Assembly: GCF_000143415.4 (NCBI RefSeq)
Contig: NW_003314272.1
Coordinates: 1,620,374 to 1,684,373 of the forward strand
Reading direction: 5' to 3'
DNA: 64,000 nt
Source: Selaginella moellendorffii
Lineage: Eukaryota > Plantae > Lycopodiophyta
The notes below the pieces were generated by a model that saw nothing but the letters and a program-made list of their open reading frames with translations, was not told the origin of the DNA and made no database searches. Positions within the stretch are counted from its first letter, which is position 1; every line of letters starts with the position of its first letter. Positions 48,525-62,800 of this stretch are shown here, in pieces. Position numbers and translations under genes: made by a program.

Positions 48525-49670
48525 TCAGTCGAACTTGCTGGGAATGCCCCTGTACAGCTCCACCTTGTCCTTGACGTATTTCTGACAAGAAAGCGCCACT
48601 TTGTTGCGAGGATCGAACTGTAAAGTCTGCTCGTAGGCCTTCAGAGCCCGTTTCCAGTCCTTCCGCTTCTCGTAAGAGCTTCCCAGGTTGTTCCAGGCCA
48701 CAGTATAGCCTGGGGACAAAGTCACTGCTTTCTCGTAGTGGGAGATAGCCTGCTCGACCTTGTTCTCGCTAAAGTACGCGAAACCAAGAGCATTGTACAC
48801 CTGGAAAGGAGAAACGAAACTCCTGAATAAAAATAAAGCAACACACACACAAGCAAGAATGCAAGACTTTATACCTGTGCTAGTTCTTGCTCATCGTCCT
48901 CCCATTTCTTTATGGCTTGTTCCAAGTATTTTCTGGCAACGGGATACAGCTTCTTACGCAGCATCACGGCTCCAAGTTCGTAGTATTCCACCGGAGTTGC
49001 CTGACTCGTTCTCACACGCTCCTGGCAGAATCGAAAACAAAAAAAATAAAATTATGAGTAGGCTAAGGAAGTGTCGAAGAATCCATATCAGACCAGCAAC
49101 TCCTTTGCAGCCATTTCGAGTTCTCGGCGGACGAGAATTTGCCGGATGACGAAGAAGCCACCACCTCCAAGTAGGAGCAACACTCCCCCGAGGTAAGCAT
49201 ACTGGAATCCAGTCTCTGCGAGCGAGACACTGATCTCTCCAACACTTCGATTTCCAGCAGCGTGTGCAACACCGGTTTGTAACAATGGAGCAAAGGTGAC
49301 AAGATTTTGAGCGATGCGAAGATCTGCAGCGGAAACCATTCTTTCCATCGTCAGAAAAGCAAGAACGAAATGAGAAAAACTTCATCGAAGAAATCGATAT
49401 CATCGATGGAAAAACATCGAGGAAAGAGAGAACACGAACTTGGCGAAGAATCCAGAAGACACCTTGCCTGAGAAGAAGAAAAATGAAATCCTATTATTTT
49501 TCCAATCCATAGTCTACATTCTTCCCACATACCTCGCAAAACTTTCCGACTCTTCTCGGCTTGGCACAAAATCTCCTCCGCTGCGCACAAACACTACTCC
49601 TGATCGACGCCGCCTCGTCCAGCGAGCCGCGAAGCCCTAGCAACGAGGCTCCACCGCTGGAGCACGCCAT
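48525..49670 (-). CDS. PYG7: TPR protein PYG7/Ycf37 (photosystem I assembly), multi-exon
   Basis: [75 protein letters not shown]. Confidence 0.9.
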
Positions 49671-49977
49671 AGCTGGGGTTTAAAAAAATCTAACGGTTCC
49701 ACCAACAAGATAGACCATGGCATACCGCGCGTCACTTCTAGTACCGCCATACTACCGCGCGTCACTAAATCCATTTAGAAAGTCCTGTTCCAAGCTCAAA
49801 AACAAGGGAGAGAAAGAAAAGCTGGAAAAGAACACTATAAATTCGGTGAGCACTAGCTATATAAAATTCCTGCCCGTGATCACGAGGAATATAGACGTCT
49901 TCGAGGTGTTCTTCGGGAGTATCTCTCCAAAGTTCTTGGAGAGGAAAATATAGAAGAATAGCCGAGCGATCGATCCA

Positions 49978-52900
49978 CTAGCTAGGCACAAAATCGTGCA
50001 GCAGCTGGCTCTCCATATGCTTCCTGCTCGCGTAGTTCATCCCGTCGTGCAACCCCGCCGCCGCCGCCGCCGCCGCCGCATTGTCGTACAAGCTGGAGAA
50101 ATCATCGCCGCCGCCACCTCCACCACCTCCGCCGCCACCGCCGCCACGAGCCAGCGCGTGGAATCCCTGCGGTTGCAAGTAGGCTGCTGCCGCCGCCGCC
50201 GCGTGAGGATGGATCACTCCTCCCAAGCTGCTGTCACTGTGCTGGAGTCCCAGAGTGAGAGATACTCCACCTCCCGGCGAAGGATTTAAGTTGTATCGAA
50301 AGCCTGGATTGGCGGCGGAGAAGCGGAGGCTCTGGTCGTGGTATCCTCCGCCGCCGCCACCTCCATAGCCGTGGACTCCCAAGCTATCATCGCTCTCCGG
50401 CTTCATGTCCACTTCCATATGGTGGTGTCCAAAGTCCGCCGAGGATGGATCGTGGTACCTGGATTTCTTGAGCTGCTGGTGGTGCTGGACGCTGGAATCC
50501 TCGTACAAATCCGCTGGAGACGATCCGACCACCATGTTTTGCTGCTGCTGCTTCCGGAGCCCCGGATTGTAGTCGACCGGGCTGGTCTCGTGGATGAAGT
50601 CCTGCTGCCCCGAGTGATCCATGGACATGAGCTTCCCCGACTTGGGATCGGTGAGAGCGTCACTGCTGTTCTTGAGCTCGTTTTCCTCGCTCGCGGCTTG
50701 CATCCGCGCCACCGCCGCGTCCAGCTCGTGATCTCTCGTTTCTTCCTGGTACATCTCCTCCACCATTGGCTTCCATAGCCTCACTCGAGCGTTGATGAAC
50801 CAGTTGGACACCTGTGATCGCGATAAGTGTCAGTCGATACTCCGTTATTTGGAAGTTTAGCTCCAAGAACATTGGAGCATTAAAGTTCCGGGAACTTTGG
50901 GAGAGGAAATTACCTGACTTCTTGTAAGACCAGTCTGCCTCGCTAGCATCATCTTGTCCGCGTCTTTGGGATACCTGGAAAATCCAGCAAAGTTAGCTTC
51001 GCTCGAGCGTTACACAAGAACACTTAATTGCTCGGTCGATCCATGCATGCATCACGTCAAACATTTCTACTTCCAGGAAGCGACAATCGCCCGCAAATCA
51101 AGCAATCACCCAGTCAGGGACCAATCCAGCAGCACCAAACATTCCAAGCTCCAACTTTCGAGGAAGAGAAAAAGCCAAACAAAACTTACGGATGGAGGAA
51201 GTGCTCAAAGAGCCAAGCTCGCAAGATCGAAACCGATCGCTCGGGGAGTCCTCGCTGCGGCCTCCAGGCGTGCTGGTTGAGCATCCCGAGCTGCTGGAAC
51301 GCTCGCTGCTGCCGGATCTGCTGGTCGATGAAGCGGAGCCGGGAAGTGGGGCTCTTGGTGGTGATCTGCTTGGAGATGTCCTCCTCGCCCAGGGACTTGC
51401 AAACCAGCGAGATTTGCCCCGTGATGGCGTCCTTCAGGCACCGAAAGTAGCGAGACATGGCTTGCAACGCGAGAGCCGTGTAGGGAGTGGCCGCTCCAAC
51501 GCCGGCCACCGCATCAAACGAGCTGATCACCACTTGCATTTGATCGTAGTACTGCCGGTATCTCCGATCCACCTGCCAAGAAAAACAGAACGTTTTAGCT
51601 CGATCCAAATCACGCATGGGAAAAGTTCGTCACCTCTTGGAGCATGGCGATGAGCTTGGATTTCTTCGTCTCAAGTTCCTGCTTCTCCTCGGCGCTCAGC
51701 GCGCTCGTCGACTCCACTCCACCTTCGATCGAGCTTGGGGCCGCTGCCGCAGACGCTGTTCCAGTCCCACTCGTGGTAGCACCCCCAGCTCCTCCAGTTC
51801 CAGGCGCGGTTTTAGCTCCTCCGCCACCCGGCGAAGTGGAGCTTACGGCGGTATTGTTTCCAGCGCTCACGCAAGCATCCTTCTCGTTCGAAAGTTCTTG
51901 AGATGACCCCGCAGCCGGAGCTGGAGCGCTTTGATCTTTGCTCGTCGTCGGTGCTGGATTGTTGTTCGCCGGAGCACTAGGAGTAGTAGCAGAAGTCGGG
52001 CTTGTGAGAGGGCTCGCCGCTCCTCCTCCGCCGCCCCCCGCCGCTGTCCATCCCTGAGAGTTGGATGGTTTGCTCTTTTGCTTGCCACCTCTTCCAACGC
52101 TGCAAACTTCCTCTAAGAGCTGCTGGCAAGCCTTGAGGTAGCGGCTGCTGGAGATGATGTTAAAGCTGGCGGACATGGCCGGAGTGGCGCTGGCGGCGTC
52201 CGGGACCTTGGGAGCGGCGGCGCCGCCAATAAAATCCCGCCGGAAGTGGCTCAAGTCCGCCGCCAGCTTGGATCGCTTGCTGTCTGCCTGGTGATCCTGG
52301 CCGTGATCCAGCCCCGACTGCTGGATCACGTCGAAAGCGTTGAGCGGCGGCGGCTGCTGGGAGGAGAGCGAGAGCGAGAGGCCCTGGAAGACTCCACCGC
52401 CGCCACCGCCGGCGGCGCCACCCGGGGCTTGCGAGGAGAGATGGTCTTGCATCTGGTGGAACGCCGCCGCCGCCGCCGCGTGCTGGTGGTAGTCGGAGAA
52501 GTCGCTTACGTCCATCGACGTCTTGGCGGCGCGCTCGCTCCCGGGCATGAAAACCAGCTCGTCGCCACTCTTCCAGCTCGAGAAGTGCGATCCTCCGCCA
52601 CCATTTCCACTTCCACCACGGTACGCCACCGGAGAGTTCGACACGGACGTAACTTGCGAGGTCTGGGAGAGTGAGTTTTGCGAGCTGTGGAGCGGCACTC
52701 CAATGGGAGTCTGCGACGCCGCCGGCCCCGGGATGAAAACCATGCTCCCGGGAGCTCCCGCCGCCGCCTGGGCCGGCGGCGGTCCATCTCCAGAACTGGC
52801 GGCGAATCCGCCGTATCCGGCAGCAGCCGCCGCCGCCGCTGCGTTCATGAGATAGAGCTGCATTGCCTCCTGCGAGTTTGGAGCTCCGCCGCCGCCGCCG

Positions 52901-53838
52901 GTCGCAAAGTAAGCGCTCAGGTCCCGCCCGGTCGTGCTTCCAAACGTTTGCTGCATGCTCATATTGTTCGCGGCAAAGCCACCGCCGCCAGGCCATGCAG
53001 CTCCTCCGCCACCTTTTCCAAGAACGTTGGAGTTGAAAGCTCCGGCTTGCGATCCCGGGGTGTAAACCACGCCGCCTTGAGTGATACCATCGGTGCCACC
53101 GCCGGTGAGAATGTAGCCTTGGTTCTTCCCGGACACCGCGGTGAGGAGGTCCGAGCCGGACGTGTAGTTGTAGAGCTCCGGGCCGAGCATTGGATTGTTG
53201 TAGACCGAGAGCATGGCGTCCTGCCCCGCGCTTCCGCCATAGCCACTACCACGAACCGACGCTTCCATGTTGTCGTGATGATCATGACCTTGGTGGTGGT
53301 GGTGGTGGTGGATTTCTCCGCCGCCTTGCGATCGTCCATGATCGCCGCTGTGATTTGGAGAGGCTGGCTGATGCTGCTGCTGCTGCTGCAAGGAGCCGGG
53401 GATCCGAAGCTTCTCCCGCCGGCTTTGCTGCGCTACGTGCTGTAAGTTGGTGTTCATGCTATGGTGGCCAGAGTTTGATCTTGTTTGATCGATGGAACTG
53501 GCGTTGATCGCCTCGGCCTTGCTGCTACCCCTACCACCACCGCTGCTACTGCTGCTGCTGTGGCTGCTAAGTTTTAGATCTCCCGTCGCCGCTGGTGTAG
53601 ATCCCAGAGAGTAAGCTCCATGATCGCCGCCGCTGGCCCGCTGGTGGTGGTGGTGGTGGTGACTGAAATGATCGCTAGGATGATCGCGTGTGGAGGAAAA
53701 ATAGAGTGGAGTATCGGTGGTGGTGGCGGTGTCTCGCGGTTCGTGGTGGAAGGTGGAGGCGCCGCCGAGGAAGGAGTATGGCGTTGTGGGCGATTGGAAC
53801 GAGTCTCTAGCACTCGTCAGGACTTGCATCAAGGACAT
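49978..53838 (-). CDS. BEL1-like (BELL/TALE) homeodomain transcription factor, ~1160 aa; exons 53838-51634, 51572-51190, 50974-50914, 50811-49978
   Basis: [14 protein letters not shown] box [21 protein letters not shown] domain, [62 protein letters not shown] end. Confidence 0.96.
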
Positions 53839-56800
53839 GGTGTTGCGGTGCTTCTACTGGACGAGTTCTTTCCGAGGGTACTTAACATGCTTCTCTAGGA
53901 ATCTGCGAGAGAGTCAAAGCCACCACACACAAAGCATGCACTCGTGAGCGTGATTAATCGCACAAGCGGCATGAATTCACGAAGAAATAACAAGAAAAGA
54001 AAGAAAAAGCTCGCAAGAAGATAAGAAAGAGATTCGAGCGTTCAAACAAGCCATTCGACAAGAGTTTCTGCGAGGACTCACAGCAACTTCGCATTTCAAC
54101 TTCCAGGCCGAGAGAAATTCCAGAAACTTGGCTGTAGGGAGTGCACAAACGAACGAGTTAGAATTCTCGACAAGCTTTGGATGAAACTAGGAGGAAGATG
54201 GATTGACGATGGATAAAAATCACATCTTTGAGCAGGAATAAAGTTTTCCTCTCCCGTTCCCCCTTCCCTCTCCCACAATCTATCCGTGAAGTGACGCTTC
54301 TCAAAGAAAAGAAAAGAAAAGAAACCCACAAAGATGCGACGGATGGATGCTTCCTGCTGCGGTGATTTTGCTGCTAGCCCCACAACTTTTGGGATATGAA
54401 TGAATCTCTTTCGGAAAGCTCGAAAGTTCTCGCCTCGAGCGGCCAGCGCAGCCTTTGATAAAGAGTGGAAGACTTCCATGATGCTCTCAAGAACATAGAG
54501 GCTACAGCACTCGTCCTTGGAAATTCAATGCTAGAAGGAAGATGGCCCAGACCTTTGGAAGAGAACAATCCAGCCAAGCTATCGCACGACCAATTCTTTC
54601 TATCCGGAAGGCAAGCCCATCGACCCTCTTCATGGAGAAGAAAGAGAGGAGGAAGAAAAAAGAGGGAGAGAGAGAGAAAGAGAGAGTCTAAAGAAGCATG
54701 GACCTGGAATCGAGAGAAGTAGAACTCACCAGCGTGATCTTGATAAAGTCCACGATGATCCGCCTCACTGTTCACTCCACCGATCGCAAGAACAAAATCA
54801 GAACCCGCAACCAATCGACAGGCTTCCGTCGCTCCACGAGAAAGAAAGAACCAAGGAAGGGGCAACTCGACTACTTCTACCTCGATGTTCTCTCTAGTAA
54901 AGAGCGCACACACTCCACACTCCACACGACCACACACAAAACGCTACGCTCTCGCTAGAGCAAAGAGACACACTCTCTAGACTCTCGCGCACACACACTT
55001 TGGACTTCTCGCAAATCGATGGAAGAAGGGAGAAGAGGGGAGGAGGAGCACAGCAAGCACTCTTTAGACCCGCCTCTCATCGCTTTCACACCCAACAACA
55101 ACGCCCTCCAACATCTTTTCCTCTCTAGCGAAGAACAAGCTTGGAGCTTGGATCCCACAAGAAAAACACCACTTTGGCGAGGAGCTCCCTCTCAACCTGG
55201 GTTGATCCACGGAGAATCAAATGAATCCACTGCTTCGCAGCTACTGCTGCTGCTCCTTCCTGGATCGATTTGATTTGCTTTCTTCTCTCTATATGCTGTT
55301 ATAAGTTTGTGCTGCTGGCCGCCATGCTACTTCGATCCACGAATCCGTCCATGTCCGCCCATCCACATCTCACTCTGGATGATCTGGGGTCTTGTTTCTC
55401 ATCCCCAGGAACTCCAACCACCAAACACACACACACATACACAAAAACGTAGCTCACTAGTAACACACCATGAAAACGAGAGCTTTCTCTCCCAGCCCTT
55501 CTCTCCTTCTCTGGGTGTGATTTGACGCACCGCGAGAGGGACACACAACACAAGGAATATGAAAAGGGCTTCTTCTTCTTCTTCTTCTTCGTCCCCCTCC
55601 TCCGTCCCTCTTCCCCTCTGTTCTAACTTAAAGTATTAAAGGACAAAGAACTATAAAACGGAGAAACGCGAGAACGTCGAGTAGAGACCAGCCTTGGATC
55701 GAGAAATCGATGTTGGTGTTGCTGGTTTTGGCTTGGATCCCACTGCAAGCCACCAAAGTAGCTCGTCTCGCGGCCGGATCAATCAATCGGTCGTTGCTTC
55801 GCCCAAGTCTCTCTACTATCTGTGATCATTCCCCATCATTCTCTTCGTTCTTGGTTCTTCTTCCTCTTCTTCTTCTTCCTCTTGGTCGTCGTCGAGCTTC
55901 GTTCCGGACACACCAGGTCGGATCAGGCAAGCACGGACCATCGCGATTGATTGCTCGTCGTCGCCGCAGTGGCAGCGGCAGCGCTGCGGACGAGCATCAT
56001 CGCCCCCCTTTTAAGAAACCCAATCAGTCACGAATCACGAATCACGATTCACGAACACAAGGGGGGCTTGGGACAAGGTTGCTGTCAGTCAGGTGACAAC
56101 CCTTTGTCTGGGCGAGTGTGAGTGAAGTGAGAGTTGAGAGGAAAGATGAGCCTGATAACGAGAAAGAGCCTCGAGATCTCCTTGATTGATGGAAGAAACC
56201 CAAGAACTCTCTTAAGAACTGGAAAGGGGAAAAGAAGCAAAGGGCAAAAGAGAAAGAAGAAAGAAAACGAGAGAAAGAAGAAAAAGGAGAGACGAAGGAT
56301 TTGAATGAACACCGGAAAGCTGCCAGGAGCAAAAGGCGAGAGAAGAGTATATTATTCTGCTAATGCCGGATTAGTGGGACGGTGGATTAAGCCGCCATAG
56401 CCAGCGAGCCGCGAAAGCATGGCACGCACGCGAAAATCGATCGCTCGCTCGGCGACGAGCGAACGACCGACCGATCGGCCCCGCCCTGTCTTTTGGAAGA
56501 CGAGAAGCTGGATCGATCGACCAACCGGGCAGGCCTTTACAAAAAAGAAGAAAAATTTGGATCCCTCTTTCAATTTCTTTTGTTTAGCTAAGCGCCTCCA
56601 AGGCAAGCATGAGATCATCACCAAAGGACCGCGTTACCATAGCTTAGCTTTCGCGGTTAAAATTTTCAAGTTTTTCTAAAATTTGAATTTGAATTTTTTT
56701 TCAAAATTTTTTTTAAAAAAAATCTGTTGTTTACTTCCACGCCCGTACATGGGCGACAAAATAGACACTCCCCCGTCGGTCGCTGTTAAAAGTTAAAACC

Positions 56801-59800
56801 ACAAAAACACTATCATTTCGGCCGGCTTGCCTTGTTAATTAACAAACCAAGTGCAAAAATCATCAGTCACCATCCGGTCTTTTAGTCTTTTACCACATCC
56901 CTGTCTTAAACGCCCGCCAAGGGATATTCCCGGGCATTTTCTCGACGAGATAGTCCTCTCTCACCGCGGAGTACTTCATATGCGTAGGAATCGGCCCGGC
57001 ATTTTGAGTGGTTTTCTTTTCCACCCGAGATAAACGATTGATCGACAAGATGCCGCCAAGATCCCCGTCCTCGAATAGCCCTGGTGTTTTAGCACCGGAT
57101 CAGATCATTGACAACACCGCCAAACGGAATGTTTAGGGGAACCCCGTCCCGGGCATTTCGCCGGCCCCTCGCACGAATTTCCAACGCCAGAACACGAATA
57201 AAAAACAATGCCCTTACAGACGGCGGGCAGCAAATGCCCGCAGGCGCGCCCGTACGGGGATGCCGTACGTGGGGATGGCCCATTTTGACCGTCCGATCCG
57301 CGTATCCAACGCTCCCAATCATCCAGTATACACTGGGTTGACCAGAGGACGCGTGGCGCCAATCTGTTCAAGACCGTACGAACGTTGTCTTATCCGGTGG
57401 TATCTTCCACGAGAAAAACAGCGCCCCAAAAAGGTGGTGGGATAAGCTGGCTAATGGAAAAGAAGATTAAGACTAATGCGGTTCTTGGAGAATGTAATCC
57501 CCTTTAAAGTACACTGCAGCAAAGTAGAGGGGGATCAAAGCGTGCCAAAATTTGGATTGGAGGGATACTTTGATGCTTCCAGCAGCCCATGCAGCCAGCC
57601 AGCTCTGCGCTCACTGCTAGCAAGCTTGTGACACAAATTGGAGATCGTATTTCTAGTGCTCCTGATGATCTTGCCCCAGATTTGTACCCAAGCTTTAAAC
57701 GCCCGCTCGTCCTTGTTTGCAAGAGAGAGATATGGAGGCCCTCCTCATCTTCCTGGCGAGATCGAGACGAGAATTTAACTCTTCCTTCATATAATATTTG
57801 GGAGGTATCAATCTTTCGCTATCAAGGCCTGTGTGTGCTTTGCAGATGTGTGCCTGGGCCGCTGCTGGCCACTGCTGACTTTGTGTTGGGCTGGGTCAGA
57901 TTGTTTTTGGGCGATCCTGGGCGGGGTGGTGATGGATGGGTGATGGATCCATCCATCGGCTCTTGGCCGGGTTGGGAGCTTGATTGAATTTCGGGGCGGC
58001 GGAAGTGAAGTGTGTGCGTGGAGGTGGATCCGTCCAAGGCTGCTGTATATGCTTCTGGCAGCGAACACAGGCTCGACAGCAAGCCAGCCGGCAAGCAGCG
58101 CGAGCCAGAGCGAAAGAAACTTTCGAGAAAAGAAAAGGAGATTAGGAGGATCCGTCCCCGTCTATACTCAATGCAAGTGCGATGTGGCAGAGGAGAGAGA
58201 GCGCGCGCGGAAGAGAGAGAGAGAGAGAGCTTACATTGACAAAGCCACCTCGTCAATCACCTTTGTTCCAGATGCGTGCCTACCAAAACAGAGGTTCCTT
58301 TTCCTCTCACTCATTTTCTCCTTCCATCCCAGCCAACAGCAGACAAAAGCGGCGAAGAAATTGATTCAATTCCGCCACGAACAAAACAGGGGATGAACAG
58401 AGAGAGACGATCATCATATGATCTGATCAAACTATCCCAAACCCGGGTTTCAATCGGCCCAGGCTCGCTCGCTGGAACTGAGCGCCCAAAAGCTCTTCGA
58501 TCAGACAGCGACGCCATGAGTCAGTTCCTTTAATTTGTTCGATGGCCACTGGCGCCACTTTTTTGTAAACTATTTAGGGCTCTTGCGGATGCTCTGCTTC
58601 CCAAGGGAGATCCTCCCGTCCCATCCGAGAGATGCAAAATTAAAATTGTGGGCATTTGCTACCCGACCCGACACATGGTGCCTTTTTTCTACTTCCCCTC
58701 ACTGCCAAGCCAATCGCCATCGCAGTTCTTATGTTTTTTCAGTTCTCCTTGGAACATCAACGCAAGTTGAAAGGGAATAATGGACTATAGGAAAAAGATC
58801 CATGGAAAGAAGGAAAGCAAACGCAGCGACAAAAAGAGCCAGAAGTTATCATTCGCGTGATCAGGCAGGAAGAACAAAGCTGAAAGCTGCCTCGACTTTC
58901 TCTCCTTGAGACCACCACCACCACCGGCACCACCATTTCCATCCAATCCATCCATTTTCCACTCCATGGGCTTGGCTTCGCCACCATCAATCAGCAATCA
59001 ATCCAATCAATCAGCCGAGATTGCTGTCTCAGATAGTCGGTCACCCTCACGGATCAAAGGCTTCTCCTTCTTCCTTTACACGATCCCACAAAAACAAGAG
59101 GGGGAAAATTGTCCAATCACTCCAACCATGTCCAAATCGTTCGTTGGTTTGTTCGCCATATCGCTTTTCAATCGGCTTGTACAAGCACCGGCAATTTGGA
59201 TCTCCCCTCGTGCACCAACATAGAGTGCTCGCTCAGCAACAGCAGCAGCGATAGCGTTTCCTTATCCATCACAGACAAAAGAACTTTTTTTTTTTAATCT
59301 AGAGCAAGCTTTGCAAGGGAAAAAAAGTCCTTTGCATATTGCAGCAGCAGCAATGCATACAAAGTACGCAGAGATTTTTGGCTCCTCCAAGTTGATCCCA
59401 CGAAGAAAGAAAAACCGAAGAACAAAGGGAAACTTTTGCTTGGAGGAGGAATCATAAACGAGAAAAAGAAAGGCGGGATGGGACTTGTCCTCCAAGAGAC
59501 AAGTGCAGCAGCGTGATATTCTTTTTGCCCAAGGAACGACCACTTCGTAGTTAAAAACGTTTCTCTCAACCTCAAGAGTATCTGCGAGGAGGAGGTCTCA
59601 ACATCAAAACCCACAAATCTCTATATAGAGCTAGCTCCATCGCCGCAGCCAAGAAACAAACAAAAGCACGAGCTACAAAAGGTGGCGGACACGGACATTA
59701 CAAGCCTCTCCTCCCTTAAGCCAAAAAATCCTTGTGATTGGAACTGACAGCGATCGAATCGCAAGATTTTTCCCTTCACAATATGGAATTGATTGACGAA

Positions 59801-62800
59801 TCAACGAGAAAGTCGATCCATGACAAACACCAAATGCCAAGTGAGTTCACTCCACGCATACAGGTATATGGTATATCACATCAAAATCAGTCACGCACGT
59901 TTCCAATTGGCGAAGCTTCTCTTCTTGGCAATCGAACCAGCCAACAGGGGACGCGTGGGGCAATCCGGCCCGTCCAGCTGCCCAAATGCTGTCTTGGAAA
60001 GCTGGAGCAGCCATGGAAAGATCCGGGGAATAAACCTGGATGCTCCATGGATGTTTGAGCTTCCACGCAAAGGCTTCCACGACCGTACGCACACGCGTGT
60101 TGCTTGTGGGCCGTCCGTGCCCCATTTTTCCAGCGGCCAGTGGCCCAAGCCAATGCAAAAAAGCCGGTGGTGGCCCGCCTTCTCGGTCTGTGATGTGACG
60201 GGCCCAATTGTCCACACCAAACTCATTAAGCCAATTTGGGACCACCACCTCTAGACCATTTATTTTTCATGTAAAACACACAAGTAATATACCTCGAAAG
60301 CCGGGCGCGCGCCAGCCAGAACTTTTACTGATTCACAACTTGCGCATACGTACACAGGGGCGTAGAGCTACGCTTGGCCTCGGTCTTGGAAACTCCCGTG
60401 CCAGATCCAAATTGCTTTTTCCTTTAAAAAATATGTGTATTTTGAAACGCCACCAAGGGATCATCTTAGAAGTCCGTGTATTTCCTTTCCCCACTAAAGG
60501 CAGAGTTTAGCGCCTAATAACATTGGGTATGATAAATGGAGAGGAACATTCTCGCTCTTGCATGGTCTTAACCTATGCGCATACTTTTCCGTGGGGCTCT
60601 TTGTTTTCGCCGCCACCTTTTTTCCTTATCTGTGGGGACAACTCGAAGGGAGAAAGAACTTCCTCTCCCTTCAATCAGAAAAATGCCCCAATCATACAGA
60701 GTGCTTTCTTCTTTTCGAGTTTACAAACGCCTTGAATGAAAGGATGGAATTTGCTCCCTCGGATGATCCTTGCTCTGGGCTTCGTACTGCACTTGTAGTT
60801 TGTGAGCCCACACCCTTGTATACTTCCGGGTTAATTGGTTCTTCGAGTTCTAATTTGGGTAGATCGGTTTGATCTTGCCTTCGGAGTTGCGTGCACACTT
60901 TGTCCACTGGGTTGCATTGATTTCCCTTGGAAAAAATTGATGTTTTTTCTCTTTTGTGGCCGGGGAGGTGTTGTAGTAGCTTAGCTCTTTATTTTTTCCT
61001 CACCAAAGCTTGTACCTTCGATCTTCCATCTCTTTTGACTTCTTCTTCCTTTCTATTTATTTATTTATTTATTTTCTTTTTTCAAAAAAGTATCTAGAAC
61101 AATATTTGAGCGCGACTTCCTCTCCCCTTCTTTTATCCCTTTCTTGTGGTTGAGATGCAAATTCCGCGGGGGAGATTTTGTGTGTTGCTAAAGAACTCGA
61201 ACTAAAAATCAATCTTGGTGTCCAAAGGGGTTGTTTGTGATTGATAGCGACAAGTGAGGTTGCAATCAATCCCCGTCGGCATCAAGCCCCCCAACTTTTT
61301 GATCCCCACACACACATTGAAAGGTCTCTTGACAAGGCGAACACCCTCCAAGAACAAAGAAGTTCATGCACATCTGATCTCTTTTAAAATAATGTTTTTT
61401 GTCAACTTTTTTCCGGGTTTTCTCAAATGGGGCTTGGACAAACACATGAACTCCAGGTTAACAATCGGCAGTGTGTTTGTATCTGTAGAGGGTGGATTGA
61501 CCACAAGCCCTTCCGTGTGCTGATGTGAGATGTCGAAGGATCACCAGAAGTTGATCTCAAAAAGAAAGGAAAAAAAGTAAGAAAAAGTAAAAAAGAAAGG
61601 TGGTGGAGGCTTTGACTATCTCACAGACATGTGATTTCATCAGGGTGGTAAGCTTTCACTTACAATACGACTTTAGTCACCGTCCTGGGAACTGTGTCAT
61701 GTCTCGATACCGAGACGAGCAAGCATATATACATTTCACTTAGTGGAACTGGAGTCAAAGAAAAGTCAATCCAAGGTATCCGGAGGGAATCTCAATAGAG
61801 GCTCGTCCAAATGAGTGAGTGCTTTGATCGCATGCCTCGAAAACCAGCAACAAACAGCAGTTTAGCGCGCGCACACACAAGAAAGCTTTTCTAGCATCAG
61901 CATTCTTTAATATCATTTGCAAGTGTGATTATCTATGATTTGATGATGAGCCCTTCTCGTGGATCACCCCATTCACGTTGAGCCGGGGAGAAAAACTAAG
62001 AAAGTTATATGAAACGAATGGGAATGATTCTGGGCGGTGCATTATGATCATCATCCCTGTGAGCACTGGACTAGGAGAGGGACCCCTCTTGAGAAATATA
62101 TATAGGAACTCTAGAACTTCCTTTTTGCAAACTCCTCCAATTCCTTCCAATTGATGCTACAAGCTTACCATCTAGAAAGTTGCATCTACAAGAAGGAACA
62201 GCCCCTCCCCTTGGAAAGCGACGTCGGCGATTCCATCATCTCTGGACGAATCGCATATAAACAAACGAGAAAGTTCCCAAAGTTTTTATAAGAATCACAA
62301 GCCCACTGAATGCTCAATAATTTGCGTGCGTGGAAGCCATGGCCACCACTTTGAGAGAGATCTCGTAATGCTGCTCCCATTACCAAGCATATTACCAAGC
62401 GCGCTAATCACAAGATGAGGATGAATGGAAAGACTCTCGCAAAAGAGAGGATTTCGTGGAGAATTTCGAGGGGCTGTGGTTGGGAAAGTTTGGTCGGTTT
62501 TGTTAAGCGCGTGGAGGCCACCACACTTAAAACAATATAATCATCGAATCGAGCTATGGGTTTGTGGAATCGATGCCACCCAATTATTTAAGTATGGAAA
62601 GAGGGAATCGATCTCGCGACCACCACTTGGAGCGCTCGTTTGTTGAATGCGCGTTAGTTCGTTCGTTCGTGTCCCCACAAAAGTTGTGTCCGGCCTGGCA
62701 ACTCTCGGCTTTCCTCCGCGGGCAGCGCGGGCAGCCTTGATTCCCAGAGATTCCCAGACGAACAAAAGGAAAAAGGAGAAGGAAAACAACAAAGCCGGGA

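Noticed and set aside
59793-60254. Overlapping 106-153 aa ORFs
   Set aside because: No domain, mostly non-ATG starts; better explained as GC-rich regulatory DNA.
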